This document shows positions 27,745 through 37,369 of a DNA stretch of 60,596 nt, in pieces. The position numbers and the translations under genes were made by a program. Where the stretch lies: NCBI GenBank assembly GCA_044236365.1, contig JBIIGQ010000001.1:1-60596 (forward strand), in the 5' to 3' direction. The notes under the pieces were generated by a model that was given only the letters and a program-made list of their open reading frames with translations, did no database searches and was not told the origin of the DNA. The stretch's first letter is position 1; the number at the start of each line of letters is the position of its first letter. The stretch is from Candidatus Limnocylindrus sp. (GTDB lineage: Bacteria; Chloroflexota; Limnocylindria; Limnocylindrales; Limnocylindraceae).

Positions 27745-28700
27745 CGCGCGAGCAGCGTTCCGACGTTCTGCTTCTCGGCAAGATCCAGAAGCAGTTCGGC
27801 ATACGCCAAATCGCAGGCGGAGATGCCGAGGTGGTTGACGAGCGTGGTCACTCGGCCGGCACTCTCAATACGGGTGTCGCCGATCTGCGCGTCGGCTGCG
27901 GGCCAGCCGCCGAGCTTCGGTGTGCGCCGCGTGTCGTCGTACTGCGCGGCGCTATCGGTGATCACGCGAACCGGGCCGCGCGCGCTGAGTGCAGCAATCA
28001 CGCCGGCGCTGATCGTTGCGGCGTAATCGATCACGAGTAGGGTTGCGCCCGGCTCAATGAGCTTCACGTCGATCGGGCGTGGTGGGGTGTCGAACGCGAC
28101 TGCCGTGACGATGATGTCAGCGCCACGAATAGCATCGTTCACCGACTCGGCGACGCGATCGCCCGCTCGGAGCGGCAGCTCGCTGGCCGCGCGGCGCGAA
28201 TAGAAGGCAACGGTGGCGGCTGGGTGGAGCGCGGCGAGCACGGCACGGTGCGTAGCCGCCTGCAACCCACCGCCAATGATTGCCCCCTTATATGGGACAC
28301 CCTCTGCTGAGGCGGCCGTGCTTGGTGGGGCAATGCGCAGGCCAGCCCCCGAGACGGCGGCGGTTCGTGCGGCGGTTAGCTCGCCGGCGGCAACGATGCC
28401 GCGGAGCCCCCCCGCCTTCGGGCGCTCCACGAGCACCACTCCGCCGATCCCTGCGGCGCCTCCGCCGCTAATCCACTTCGCCCCTGCGACCCGGCCCGAA
28501 CCCAGATCGATGGCGGCGGGCATCGCATGGGCAAATGGGGCACCGGCACCCAGGCTGAGTGGCACCTTCGGTGGCTGGTGCGCGGTGCCGGTCGCCACGG
28601 CGCGCAAGGCCCCTTCGACGAGTCCAATCTGCACCTCTATAGAGGGGAGCAGCGCGAGCACATCGGCTTCGGTTAGGTAGCGAATTGGGGTCGCAGGCAT
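27741..28700 (-). CDS. ornithine cyclodeaminase/mu-crystallin family protein, probable pyrroline-2-carboxylate reductase
   Basis: About 320 aa from the ATG at 28700, with a Rossmann-like IIGGGLQA motif. 4-nt overlap with the downstream dehydratase gene. Confidence 0.75.
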   Translation of the reverse strand: MPATPIRYLTEADVLALLPSIEVQIGLVEGALRAVATGTAHQPPKVPLSLGAGAPFAHAMPAAIDLGSGRVAGAKWISGGGAAGIGGVVLVERPKAGGLRGIVAAGELTAARTAAVSGAGLRIAPPSTAASAEGVPYKGAIIGGGLQAATHRAVLAALHPAATVAFYSRRAASELPLRAGDRVAESVNDAIRGADIIVTAVAFDTPPRPIDVKLIEPGATLLVIDYAATISAGVIAALSARGPVRVITDSAAQYDDTRRTPKLGGWPAADAQIGDTRIESAGRVTTLVNHLGISACDLAYAELLLDLAEKQNVGTLLAR

Positions 28701-28815
28701 GTGCGGCAGTGTATCCCCCTCTGGTAGGCTGCGGCGATGAAGTCCCGCCGAATCCGCATCTTCGCTGCGACGCTCACATTTGTGGCCGTCGCCGGCGTCA
28801 GCTGCCGCTAAGCGC

Positions 28816-29181
28816 TTACCAGCGCAGTCGTTCAGCGAGCTGAATGACGTTCCCTTCGGGATCAACTGCATCGCAGTGGTTCACGTTGCCGTAGGTGGCA
28901 ACGGTGCTTGCGTCGTACACACGACCACCAAGCGACGCAACGGCGCTGCGTGCCACATCAATCGAGGCGACAACGTAGACGGGCTTCATCGCTGCATCTT
29001 CGCGTGTTGGGTATGACTCATCGGGAGTGGCACCGGAAATCTGGTGCAACAGCACCTCATTGGCATCGGTGCTCACACGAACGAACGTTGCCGACTGATC
29101 TGACAGTTCGCCACCAAGCAACGCCGCGTAGAAGTTGGCGCTGCGCGTGAGGCCTTCAACGAAGAGTACGGTGGTGCTCAT
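28816..29181 (-). CDS. VOC/glyoxalase-family protein
   Basis: 121 aa with a FYAALLGGE start and a C-terminal DPEGNVIQL pattern. Confidence 0.65.
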   Translation of the reverse strand: MSTTVLFVEGLTRSANFYAALLGGELSDQSATFVRVSTDANEVLLHQISGATPDESYPTREDAAMKPVYVVASIDVARSAVASLGGRVYDASTVATYGNVNHCDAVDPEGNVIQLAERLRW

Positions 29182-29636
29182 GACTTCCGCAGGCTCTTTC
29201 GCTCAGCGAGTGAGGCCACGAAGAGCGCCAGCACGGCAACGAAGACTGGCGCGTTGAGCGCAGCCCCAGGTGGTGTTGTTGTTGATGTCACGGGCATGAT
29301 CTGGCCCGCAACGTCGCGCAAGACCGGGTCGGCAACGAGGGCAAGCAGAACGAGTGGCGTGAGGCCTGGATAGCGGGCGAACAACACAGCAAGCACCACG
29401 GCGAGGATCAGCTGGATTGCACCCCACTGGTGGAAGAGGGCAATGATGTTGTTTCCCCCTTCAACGGCGATGTCGATGCCGGCGATGCTCTGTGCGCCGC
29501 CGTCGGCAGAGAAGAGGTGGACGCAACTTCGAACGATCGCTACGACGAGGAACGGCACCGTCAACCAGCGAACGACGGGGAAACCGTTGAATGCTGCGGT
29601 GTTGGTTGGAAGAACGTTTCGCACGTTGAACTTCAT
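29178..29636 (-). CDS. hypothetical membrane protein
   Basis: About 150 aa with four hydrophobic helices. The ATG at 29636 is preceded by AAAGGAG. Confidence 0.55.
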   Translation of the reverse strand: MKFNVRNVLPTNTAAFNGFPVVRWLTVPFLVVAIVRSCVHLFSADGGAQSIAGIDIAVEGGNNIIALFHQWGAIQLILAVVLAVLFARYPGLTPLVLLALVADPVLRDVAGQIMPVTSTTTPPGAALNAPVFVAVLALFVASLAERKSLRKS

Positions 29637-29662
29637 GGTGTTGGTTCTCCTTTGGTTTTCAA

Positions 29663-30736
29663 TCAAACGTTAAATCGGAACTCCACAACATCGCCATCGC
29701 GCATGACGTACTCCTTGCCCTCCATGCGCACCTTGCCGGCAGCCTTGGCAGCGTTCATGTTTCCGTTGGCAACAAGATCGTCAAACGAGACGATTTCGGC
29801 CTTGATGAAGCCGCGCTGGAAGTCGGTGTGAATCACGCCCGCTGCTTGCGGCGCAGTCCAGCCCTGGCGAATCGTCCAGGCGCGCGCCTCCTTTGGACCA
29901 GCGGTCAGGTAAGTCTGTAGGCCGAGGTTCTTGAAGCCGATGCGCGCCAACTGGTCGAGGCCCGACTCGGTCTGGCCCATTGAGGCGAGTAGCTCTGCAG
30001 CCTCGGCGGGGGCGAGGTCGACAAGCTCGGATTCCACCTTGGCGTCGAGGAAGACCGCTTCAGCCGGCGCTACGAGCGCGGCGAGTTCGGCGCGACGCGC
30101 GGCGCTCACAAGAATTGCCTCGTCGACGTTGAAGACGTAGATGATCGGCTTGGCGGTGAGGAGGCCAAGCTCCTTCAGGAGAGTCAGGTCGACCTTGGTC
30201 GCCGAGAGAGGTTCGCCACGGTTGAGGGCGGCGATGGCGGCGTCGACCACGTCGAGCACCTCGGCGTCGAGCTTCTTCCCCTTCACCTCCTTCTCGTAGC
30301 GGGAGCGTGACTTCTCGAGGGTTTCGAGGTCGGCGAAGATCAGCTCGGTGTTGATGGTGCCAATGTCGCTCTTGGCGTCGACCTTGCCGTCAACGTGAAT
30401 GATGTCTTCGTCGGCGAAGGCGCGCACCACCTGGGCGATGGCGTCGGCCTCGCGGATGTGCGAGAGGAACTTGTTGCCGAGCCCCTCCCCCGTTGATGCG
30501 CCACGCACGATGCCGGCGATGTCCACAAATGAGACCGGCGCGGGCAGGATCTTCTCGGAACCGAAGATCTCGGCGAGCTTGGTCAAGCGTGGATCGGGTA
30601 GGTTCACCACCCCAACGTTCGGCTCGATGGTGGCGAACGGGTAGTTCGCGGCCAGTACGTTGTTCTTGGTAAGGGCGTTGAACAGCGTCGACTTACCAAC
30701 GTTCGGGAGCCCCACAATGCCAATCGTTAGTGCCAT
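29663..30736 (-). CDS. ychF: ribosome-binding ATPase YchF
   Basis: 357 aa. IGIVGLPNVGKSTLFNALT P-loop, DIAGIVRGAS, and a C-terminal TGS-like DGDVVEFRFNV. Confidence 0.95.
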   Translation of the reverse strand: MALTIGIVGLPNVGKSTLFNALTKNNVLAANYPFATIEPNVGVVNLPDPRLTKLAEIFGSEKILPAPVSFVDIAGIVRGASTGEGLGNKFLSHIREADAIAQVVRAFADEDIIHVDGKVDAKSDIGTINTELIFADLETLEKSRSRYEKEVKGKKLDAEVLDVVDAAIAALNRGEPLSATKVDLTLLKELGLLTAKPIIYVFNVDEAILVSAARRAELAALVAPAEAVFLDAKVESELVDLAPAEAAELLASMGQTESGLDQLARIGFKNLGLQTYLTAGPKEARAWTIRQGWTAPQAAGVIHTDFQRGFIKAEIVSFDDLVANGNMNAAKAAGKVRMEGKEYVMRDGDVVEFRFNV

Positions 30737-30760
30737 GTGTCTAGCCTAGTGGTTTTGGGG

Positions 30761-30985
30761 CTATCGCCCGAAATCGGTGCTCTTCACCAGGTCGCCGCTG
30801 CGCGTGTAGGTGTTCCACACGCCAACTTGGCGACCGCGGTCAAACCGCCCCGATCGCATCAGTGAACCGTCAAGGCGGAAGAACTTCCATGCGCCGTGCA
30901 GCTCGCCGTTGAGGCGCTGTCCTTGGGCCTTTGTTGTGCCGTCGCCGTACTTGATCGTTTCACGAACTGGTTTGGCGGCCCCCAT
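30761..30985 (-). CDS. MORN-repeat-variant small protein
   Basis: 74 aa with repeated G.LHG.W..F...G and G..VG.W patterns. Confidence 0.55.
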   Translation of the reverse strand: MGAAKPVRETIKYGDGTTKAQGQRLNGELHGAWKFFRLDGSLMRSGRFDRGRQVGVWNTYTRSGDLVKSTDFGR

Positions 30986-30987
30986 GG

Positions 30988-31929
30988 TTACTTCGGCTCA
31001 AGCACCAGCGAGACGGAGTTGATGCACCAGCGCTGATCGGTGGGCACGTCGTACCCTTCGCCCTCAAAGACGTGTCCCATGTGTGAGCCGCACTTGGCGC
31101 AGCGCACCTCGGTGCGAATACGTGGCGCGAGTGAGCGATCTTCAATCAGCTCAACCGCATCTGCAGAGGTGGGCGCGTAGAACGACGGCCAACCGCAACC
31201 GGAGTGGAACTTGTTCTCACTGCGGAAGAGCTCGTTGCCGCACGCCTTGCACTTGTAGACACCAACGGTTTCGGTGTCGGTGTATTCGCCCACGAATGGT
31301 GCTTCGGTGTCGGCGCGGCGCAGCACCTCAAACGAGAGTTGGTCAAGGCGTGCGCGTAGTTCATCCTCATTGATCTCAATCGGATACGCGCCGCTGATCT
31401 TGATCTCCGACCAAGCGTCCGAAGGGAACGGCACCCCTGTTTGGCTGTGGCAGTCGTATCCCTTCGGATTCTTCTCGAGGTAGCGCTGGTGATACTCCTC
31501 GGCCTCCCAGAAGGTGATGCCGTCAGCCGAGAGCACTTCGCTCACGATTGGGCCGTGACCCTCGGCGGCGAGTGCGGCGGCATAGAGCTTGAATCCGGAT
31601 TCGATTGCCTCACGCTGGTTGTCGTTCGTGTAGTACACCGCGCTGCGGTACTGCGAGCCAATATCGCCACCCTGGCGGTTCAGCGACGTGGGGTCGTGCA
31701 TGGTCAGGAACTCCTCGAGGAGGCGACGGTAGGAGATCTGCTGATTGTCGAAGACGACCTTCACCATCTCGGCGTGACCGGTACTGCCAGTGCAGACCTG
31801 CTCGTAGGTGGGTGACGCGGCGTGGCCGCCCATGTAGCCAACAGCAGTTTCGGTAACGCCCGGCATCTGCCAGAAGCGGCGATCAGCACCCCAGAAGCAT
31901 CCGGTGGCGAAGTAGGCAGTCTCAATCAT
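30988..31929 (-). CDS. msrAB: bifunctional methionine sulfoxide reductase MsrA/MsrB
   Basis: N-terminal GCFWG (MsrA). C-terminal CKACGNELF, CGWPSF and RCAKCGSHMGHVF (MsrB zinc and catalytic Cys). Confidence 0.9.
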   Translation of the reverse strand: MIETAYFATGCFWGADRRFWQMPGVTETAVGYMGGHAASPTYEQVCTGSTGHAEMVKVVFDNQQISYRRLLEEFLTMHDPTSLNRQGGDIGSQYRSAVYYTNDNQREAIESGFKLYAAALAAEGHGPIVSEVLSADGITFWEAEEYHQRYLEKNPKGYDCHSQTGVPFPSDAWSEIKISGAYPIEINEDELRARLDQLSFEVLRRADTEAPFVGEYTDTETVGVYKCKACGNELFRSENKFHSGCGWPSFYAPTSADAVELIEDRSLAPRIRTEVRCAKCGSHMGHVFEGEGYDVPTDQRWCINSVSLVLEPK

Positions 31930-31938
31930 GGGTGAAGT

Positions 31939-33522
31939 TTAGCGGCGTTCGATTCTCACGTCATCAACCGCCACCTCAACAAGGCTTGGGCGGCCAACGT
32001 CGCCCGCGCCAATCACTACGCGAACAGTCTGGCTCGCCCAGGGAGCGAGTGAAACGCGCACCTCGGTATATGCGGCGTAGCGGTAACGAGAAGCGGCGAG
32101 GCGCTGATGCACCAGCGTGCGGGTGCCGTCTTCAGCCTCTACCCAGACGCGGAACCAGTCGGCTGAGGTTGCCGTAGCGCCATACGAGAACGAGGCGCTA
32201 AAGACCAGATCGCCAGGGTCGGCGCTAAGTGTGATCTGCGGCGAGCGCGCGGTGGTGATGCCATCAAGGTCATTGCTGTTGGCGTACCGCCCTGCGAGCG
32301 CGCCGGTGACCATGGCGTGGAGGCCGGAGACAGTGTCGTCGAGCTGCATACTGCGCGTGCCAATGCGCACTCGTGCTGGGTTACCGCGCTCGAAGCGACC
32401 GCTCCTTGCCGTGTCGGTTCCGTAGGGATTCACCACCCAACCGGCTGCGCGCTCAAAGTCATCAAAGCGCGGACCGCACGTGCGCACGCCGAGCCCAGCC
32501 GGATCAGCGGGGCACTGCGCCTGTTGAATCAGCCACAAGATCGCTGGGCGGTTTCCTGCGACTTCACTCGCCATCTCCTCTGCTGTTGGATAGAAGCGCG
32601 AGACCTCACCAGTGTATTCGCTGATCTCCATGAGCAGGCTCGGAATCTTGTAGGTGGTGTACATCCAATCGGTGGAGGCTCCGCCAGTTGGGTAGTATTG
32701 AAAGTACCCGTAACCATTGATCTGTGACATGCCAATCACCAGCGCGTTCATAGTGAGGCGGTCGTCAAGAGTGATGGCGCGTACGCCTGCCGATAGTGGG
32801 AAGCCTGGCCAGGCGATAAAACGACCGGTGGCGTGCAGGCTTAAGTAGATGGTGATGCGCTGTACGCCGCTGATGACGCGTGAGGCAACAAAATCGCGCA
32901 TGGCGGCGGTCTCTGGCGCCGAGAACCTCGCGGGGCCAGAATACGTGCCCGATACTGGGTTGCGCACACTCACGCTGCAGCAGCGCCAATACGCGCTGTA
33001 GTTTCGATTGAGATCGGTGCCGATAGACGACGAGCCGGGTGTTGGCTGTCGGTTCTTGCGCCAGTTCCACGGCCCGTTCTCGGTGAACTCAAATGCCAAA
33101 CCGTCGGGGTTCACGGCGAACACAATCCAGGTCACGCGCTCATCGACCAGCGCAGTGATTGCCGTGTCAACGCCGTAGCCGTCTACCAGTGTGTGCAGCA
33201 GGTCGAGCGCCTGCGCCACCGTGACGTGTTCGTTGGAGTGATGCAGTGCATCGATGAGCACCTCGGGTTCGCCCTCTTCAAGGGCAACGTTGTCGCTGAT
33301 CTTGGCGGCGTAGAGCTCGCGGCCCTCGTAGCTCTGCCCAATCGAGAAGACATCAACGATCTCGGGATGCGCGGTCTCTACCGCAATGATCTCGCTGCCG
33401 ATCTGTTCGTAGGTCTTAAACGCGCCTGGCCACAGATCCGTTGCCTGGGCAGTAGGCGCTGTGCCAGCCAACATCGTGCCAATCACGAAGGAAACCAGGA
33501 TGCGAGTGTGGCGGGTCATCAC
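31939..33522 (-). CDS. secreted M14-family zinc carboxypeptidase with C-terminal extra domain
   Basis: Signal peptide, GQSYEGRELYAAKIS, zinc-site HSNEH (HxxE), and DLNRNY. Confidence 0.8.
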   Translation of the reverse strand: MMTRHTRILVSFVIGTMLAGTAPTAQATDLWPGAFKTYEQIGSEIIAVETAHPEIVDVFSIGQSYEGRELYAAKISDNVALEEGEPEVLIDALHHSNEHVTVAQALDLLHTLVDGYGVDTAITALVDERVTWIVFAVNPDGLAFEFTENGPWNWRKNRQPTPGSSSIGTDLNRNYSAYWRCCSVSVRNPVSGTYSGPARFSAPETAAMRDFVASRVISGVQRITIYLSLHATGRFIAWPGFPLSAGVRAITLDDRLTMNALVIGMSQINGYGYFQYYPTGGASTDWMYTTYKIPSLLMEISEYTGEVSRFYPTAEEMASEVAGNRPAILWLIQQAQCPADPAGLGVRTCGPRFDDFERAAGWVVNPYGTDTARSGRFERGNPARVRIGTRSMQLDDTVSGLHAMVTGALAGRYANSNDLDGITTARSPQITLSADPGDLVFSASFSYGATATSADWFRVWVEAEDGTRTLVHQRLAASRYRYAAYTEVRVSLAPWASQTVRVVIGAGDVGRPSLVEVAVDDVRIERR

Positions 33523-33555
33523 CTTCAGTATGCACCCAGTACGAATACGGGAGAG

Positions 33556-35055
33556 TTAGCTGCGCCGCACTCCCCGCATGCGCAGCCCCACACCCGCTAC
33601 CGCCGTTACCGCCGCAAGGACCACAAGCGCCATGCTCCAGGCTGAACCGTTGCGATTTGTCTCTGGCAGCACGAAGGTTGGCTCGTCGAGGTAGGCGAAC
33701 TCGCTGCCGGTCTCGTCGGACCACATGGTCACGAAGAGTCGGCCATCAACCGCAGAAAGTGGATCGCACATGCAGCCGACGCCCGCATTGGTGCCGGGGA
33801 TCACCGCCGATTCAGCCGCACCTATGCCATTAATCCGCCAAACTTTAGCGGCGGTAGTGCCGTCGGCGGCGTTGAAGTAGAGGAAGTCCCCGAGGGCGGT
33901 GAGGTTGGACGGGGAGGAGCTATCGGCGCCACTGTTGCCGGTGTTGATGTCCTGGACCAGTTCGGTCGTGGTGCCGTTGGTGCGCCAGAGTTCGTAGCCA
34001 TGCGTGCTGTCAATGGCCTGGAAGTAGAGGGCGCCATTGAAGACGGTGAAGTAGTCCGGGTATGAGCCATCGGCGCCACTGTTGCCGGTGTTGATGTCCA
34101 TCACCAGTTCGGTCGTGGTGCCGTTCGTACGCCAGAGTTCCTGCCCATTCGTGCCGTTGTTGGCTCCGAAGAAGAGGTAGCCGCCGAAGGCGGTGAAATA
34201 GAACGGGTAGGAGCCATCGGCGCCACTGTTGCCGGTGTTGATGTCCATCACCAGTTCGGTCGTGGTGCCGTTCGTGCGCCAGAGTTCCTCGCCATGGGTG
34301 CCGTCGTTGGCGCGGAAGTAGACGGCGTTGCCAAAGGCGGTGAGGCCGTCCGGGTAGGAGTGAGCGACGCCGTCGTTGATGTCGGATACCAGCACGGTGG
34401 TGGTGCCGTTGGTGCGCCAGAGTTCGGCTCCATGGGTGCCGTCGTTGGCAGTGAAGTAGAGGTACCCATTGAGGGCGGCGAAGTGGTCCGGGTCGGAGCT
34501 ATCGGCGCCGCTATTGCCGATGTTGATGTCAGATACCAGCACGGTGGTGGTGCCGTTGGTGCGCCAGAGTTCGGAGCCATGGGTGCCATCGTTGGCGCGG
34601 AAGTACAAATAGTCGCCAAGGACCGTGAAGTCGGTTGGGTCGGAACTGCCAGCGCCCCCCGTTACGTTGATATCTTCGACCAGCGTGGTCGTGGTGCCGT
34701 TGGTGCGCCAGAGTTCGGAGCCATGGGTGCCGTCGGCGGCTGCGAAGTAGAGCCAGTCGCCAAAGGCGGTAAAGCCGTACGGGCTCGAGGCTGTGCCAAA
34801 TTCCAGATTGATGTCGGCGACGATGGTCGTGCTGGTGCCGTTCGTGCGCCAAAGTTCATAACCATTCACGCCGTCGTCGGCGCCAAAGTACAAGTAGTCG
34901 CCAAGGCGGCCGCTATTCCAGAGCGCGTACGAGCCATTGACCCCCGGCCGAATCGTGTCCACCACCGTGATTGCTGGGAAGCTAGCGCCGCGGACCGGAA
35001 TCGCCGCAACGAGCAGCAGGGCGAGGGCGAGGGTCAGTGAGCGCTTGGCGGGCAA
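33556..35055 (-). CDS. secreted ELWxxDG-repeat (beta-propeller-like) protein with C-terminal membrane anchor
   Basis: Signal peptide MPAKRSLTLALALLLVAAIPVRG. Seven near-identical ELWRTNGT repeats plus one degenerate copy, about 49 aa apart. C-terminus is LPETNRNGS, a hydrophobic helix and an Arg-rich tail. Confidence 0.8.
   Translation of the reverse strand: MPAKRSLTLALALLLVAAIPVRGASFPAITVVDTIRPGVNGSYALWNSGRLGDYLYFGADDGVNGYELWRTNGTSTTIVADINLEFGTASSPYGFTAFGDWLYFAAADGTHGSELWRTNGTTTTLVEDINVTGGAGSSDPTDFTVLGDYLYFRANDGTHGSELWRTNGTTTVLVSDINIGNSGADSSDPDHFAALNGYLYFTANDGTHGAELWRTNGTTTVLVSDINDGVAHSYPDGLTAFGNAVYFRANDGTHGEELWRTNGTTTELVMDINTGNSGADGSYPFYFTAFGGYLFFGANNGTNGQELWRTNGTTTELVMDINTGNSGADGSYPDYFTVFNGALYFQAIDSTHGYELWRTNGTTTELVQDINTGNSGADSSSPSNLTALGDFLYFNAADGTTAAKVWRINGIGAAESAVIPGTNAGVGCMCDPLSAVDGRLFVTMWSDETGSEFAYLDEPTFVLPETNRNGSAWSMALVVLAAVTAVAGVGLRMRGVRRS
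33798..34878 (-). repeat. in-frame coding repeat array (about 49-aa ELWRTNGT units)
   Basis: Repeated blocks such as DGTHGSELWRTNGTTTVLVSDIN and YLYF.ANDG are visible in the translation. Coordinates are approximate. Confidence 0.7.
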
Positions 35056-35072
35056 CGTGTTTCTCCTACTGC

Positions 35073-36533
35073 CTATCGATTTGTGCGCAGTCGCAGCGAG
35101 ACTGAAGCGGCGGCGGTGAGGGCCGCCCCCATGATCAGCATCAGTGTTAGCCCAGAGCCATTGCGATTCGTGCTCGGAAGCAGTGGGTCGAAGAAGGCAA
35201 CCTCGTAGCCGTATTCGGCATTGCCCATGTACGTAAAGGCGCGGTCACCCAGGAAGACAATCGGCGTGGAGCACTCACAGCCGGCGTATGGGCTCGTGCC
35301 CGTTATTGTTACCGCTTCCACTGTGCTCGCGGCGGTGCCGGTTGTCTGGAATAACGTCCAGCTCGATCCATTGTTTGCGCTAAAGAAGGTCACGCCGTTG
35401 TGCTCCACGAAGCCAAACGGATACGCACCATCTGACCCCGGCAGAAGATCGATCACCATTTCCGTCGTTGTGCCGTTCGTGCGCCAGAGTTCGTATCCGA
35501 CCGCTCCGGCATTTGCGGTGAAGTAAAGCCAGTCACCGATTGCGGTGAGCTGCTGGGGACTCGACGAATTGATGCCTGGGGTGATGTCCGACACGATCTC
35601 GAGCCCATCCGTTTCGTTAAGGCTCCAGAGTTCCATGCCGGTCTCTTCGGTGAATGCGGTGAAATATATCGTTCCGTTGATCTCTGTGAACTGAGATGGA
35701 TCGCTGCTTTCGACCCCAACATTAATGTCAAAAGATTCTGTGCCTATTCCGTCGGTCCCAAAAAACTCCCAGCCAGCGGTAGGCGAGTAGGCCCGAAAGA
35801 GAAGGATGTCGTACGCGGCAGAAGCAAACAACTCTTGTGGGTTAGACCCTTCGCCAGGTGTCTCGTTGATGTTGGCCGCCAACGCTGTGCCTGATTCGCT
35901 GGAGCGCCATAGCTCGTAACCATCCGTGCCATTGTTTGCTGCGTAGAAGACTTGTGCGCCGAGTTTAGTAAAGCCACTAGGGAACGAATCACCGGTCGGG
36001 TTGATGTCGTACACCATGCCCCCGCTGACGTCGTTGTACAAATACGGCTCAATGCCGTCGGTGCCATTGGTGGCGCTGAACCAAAGCTGGTCGCCCACAA
36101 CTCGGGCCTCGCCAAATCCACCACTCCCTGTTGGGTTGATGTCCACCTCTTCGCACCCGTTGATCTCGCCGTTCGTTCGATACATCTCCGAATCGCCGTT
36201 CGTTGCTTGGAAGTAGAGATGGTCGCCATAAACAACAAGGTTGCTCGGACTCGAGCTTTCACCTGCGCCGGTAGCGATATCGCATGCGAGTTCTGTTCCG
36301 ACGTGGGTGGCGTCAGGTGCACCGTCGGTGCGCCAGAGCTCTTGTCCATTCGTTCCATCGTTCGCTGAGAAGAAGATCTTCCCCGCAAACGAAATGAGTT
36401 CGCCAGGGCTCGAACCATCGGCCATTGGCCGAAGGTCGATCTGCTGCAGGGTTGGCGGCGTTGCGCCGCGCACAGGAATTGCCGCAACGAGCAGCATGGC
36501 GAGGGCAAGGGTCAGTGAGCGCTTGGCGGGCAT
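35073..36533 (-). CDS. secreted ELWxxDG-repeat protein, divergent paralog
   Basis: Signal peptide matches the neighbouring paralog at 22 of 23 residues. Eight more divergent repeats (ELWRTDG, ELWRSSE, ELWRTNG and others). C-terminus is LPSTNRNGS, a hydrophobic helix and an Arg-rich tail. Start at the internal Met at 36533. Confidence 0.8.
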   Translation of the reverse strand: MPAKRSLTLALAMLLVAAIPVRGATPPTLQQIDLRPMADGSSPGELISFAGKIFFSANDGTNGQELWRTDGAPDATHVGTELACDIATGAGESSSPSNLVVYGDHLYFQATNGDSEMYRTNGEINGCEEVDINPTGSGGFGEARVVGDQLWFSATNGTDGIEPYLYNDVSGGMVYDINPTGDSFPSGFTKLGAQVFYAANNGTDGYELWRSSESGTALAANINETPGEGSNPQELFASAAYDILLFRAYSPTAGWEFFGTDGIGTESFDINVGVESSDPSQFTEINGTIYFTAFTEETGMELWSLNETDGLEIVSDITPGINSSSPQQLTAIGDWLYFTANAGAVGYELWRTNGTTTEMVIDLLPGSDGAYPFGFVEHNGVTFFSANNGSSWTLFQTTGTAASTVEAVTITGTSPYAGCECSTPIVFLGDRAFTYMGNAEYGYEVAFFDPLLPSTNRNGSGLTLMLIMGAALTAAASVSLRLRTNR

Positions 36534-36582
36534 GGGCGGGGCTCCAATCAATGTGCCGCACATCGGCGGCGTTGACCGAACC

Positions 36583-37353
36583 TTACACGAGCCCTAAGCC
36601 TTCAACCCCCGCTTCAGCCAAACAGTCTGGCCCCTCGTTGCGCGCGTTAGAGACGAGGCGCGAGACGCGTCGCGGCGTTAAAAAGTTTTCAGGCGCCGGG
36701 CCAAGGAGCCCAGCAACATCATCAAGATGCGTCCCCGCGTCGAGCCAGGCCGACAGTGCCGCATCATCGCGCAGCATCACCGGCATGCGGTCGTGAATGC
36801 GCCCCACCACGCTGTTCGCCTGCGTCGTTATAAGGGAGAGGGTGCGCTCGCCGCCGTACTCGGTGGTGATGCCGCCCAGGGTGAGGTGCGCTCCCGCGCT
36901 CGGCAGGTACGCCCACGGCTGCTTGGGCGCCTTGCGTCCCATGGGTCGCCCCTGCTCTTCGAGGTACTCGGGGTTCTCCCACTCATAGAAGGCGTCGATG
37001 GGCACCAGCACCCGCCCATGTCGGTATGCCTCCTTAAAGGATGGGAGCTGCGCGACCGTCTCGGCCCGGGCGTTGAACAGTCCTGATACGTGCCCGGTAC
37101 GTGCCTTCTGCCAGGCGGGCACCAGCCCCCAGCGCCCGTACTCCACCACCCGTGACTCCCCCGCAGCCGGCGCCACCATAAGGACTCGGCTCGAGGGGGC
37201 CATGTTCCAGCGCGGATACCACCCCGCACGTACCAGCGACGTATCGCCAACGGCAGGGGCGCTCAGGCTCTCACGCACCCCCACGCTGAGATCCGCCCCG
37301 AACTCCCGGGCGATCTCCTCTGGCGAGGTTGCCTGAACAATGCGGCCGCACAT
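36583..37353 (-). CDS. SOS response-associated peptidase (SRAP/YedK family)
   Basis: Begins MCGRIV, carrying the catalytic Cys2. FYEW motif present. Confidence 0.85.
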   Translation of the reverse strand: MCGRIVQATSPEEIAREFGADLSVGVRESLSAPAVGDTSLVRAGWYPRWNMAPSSRVLMVAPAAGESRVVEYGRWGLVPAWQKARTGHVSGLFNARAETVAQLPSFKEAYRHGRVLVPIDAFYEWENPEYLEEQGRPMGRKAPKQPWAYLPSAGAHLTLGGITTEYGGERTLSLITTQANSVVGRIHDRMPVMLRDDAALSAWLDAGTHLDDVAGLLGPAPENFLTPRRVSRLVSNARNEGPDCLAEAGVEGLGLV

Positions 37354-37369
37354 GGGGCAGCTGGACTGT

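Noticed and set aside
34294-35040. 248-aa plus-strand ORF, and several alternative-frame ORFs, inside the ELWxxDG-repeat genes (also 35744..36508 on the minus strand)
   Set aside because: Gly/Val/Ala-rich periodic translations produced by the underlying nucleotide repeat. The ELWRTNGT frame has a signal peptide, a coherent repeat structure and a C-terminal anchor.
33798-36400. Regularly spaced nucleotide repeats, considered as a possible CRISPR-like array
   Set aside because: The period is about 147 nt, the repeats are in-frame and translate to ELWxxDG protein repeats within ORFs that carry signal peptides. There is no short direct-repeat and spacer architecture and no cas genes.
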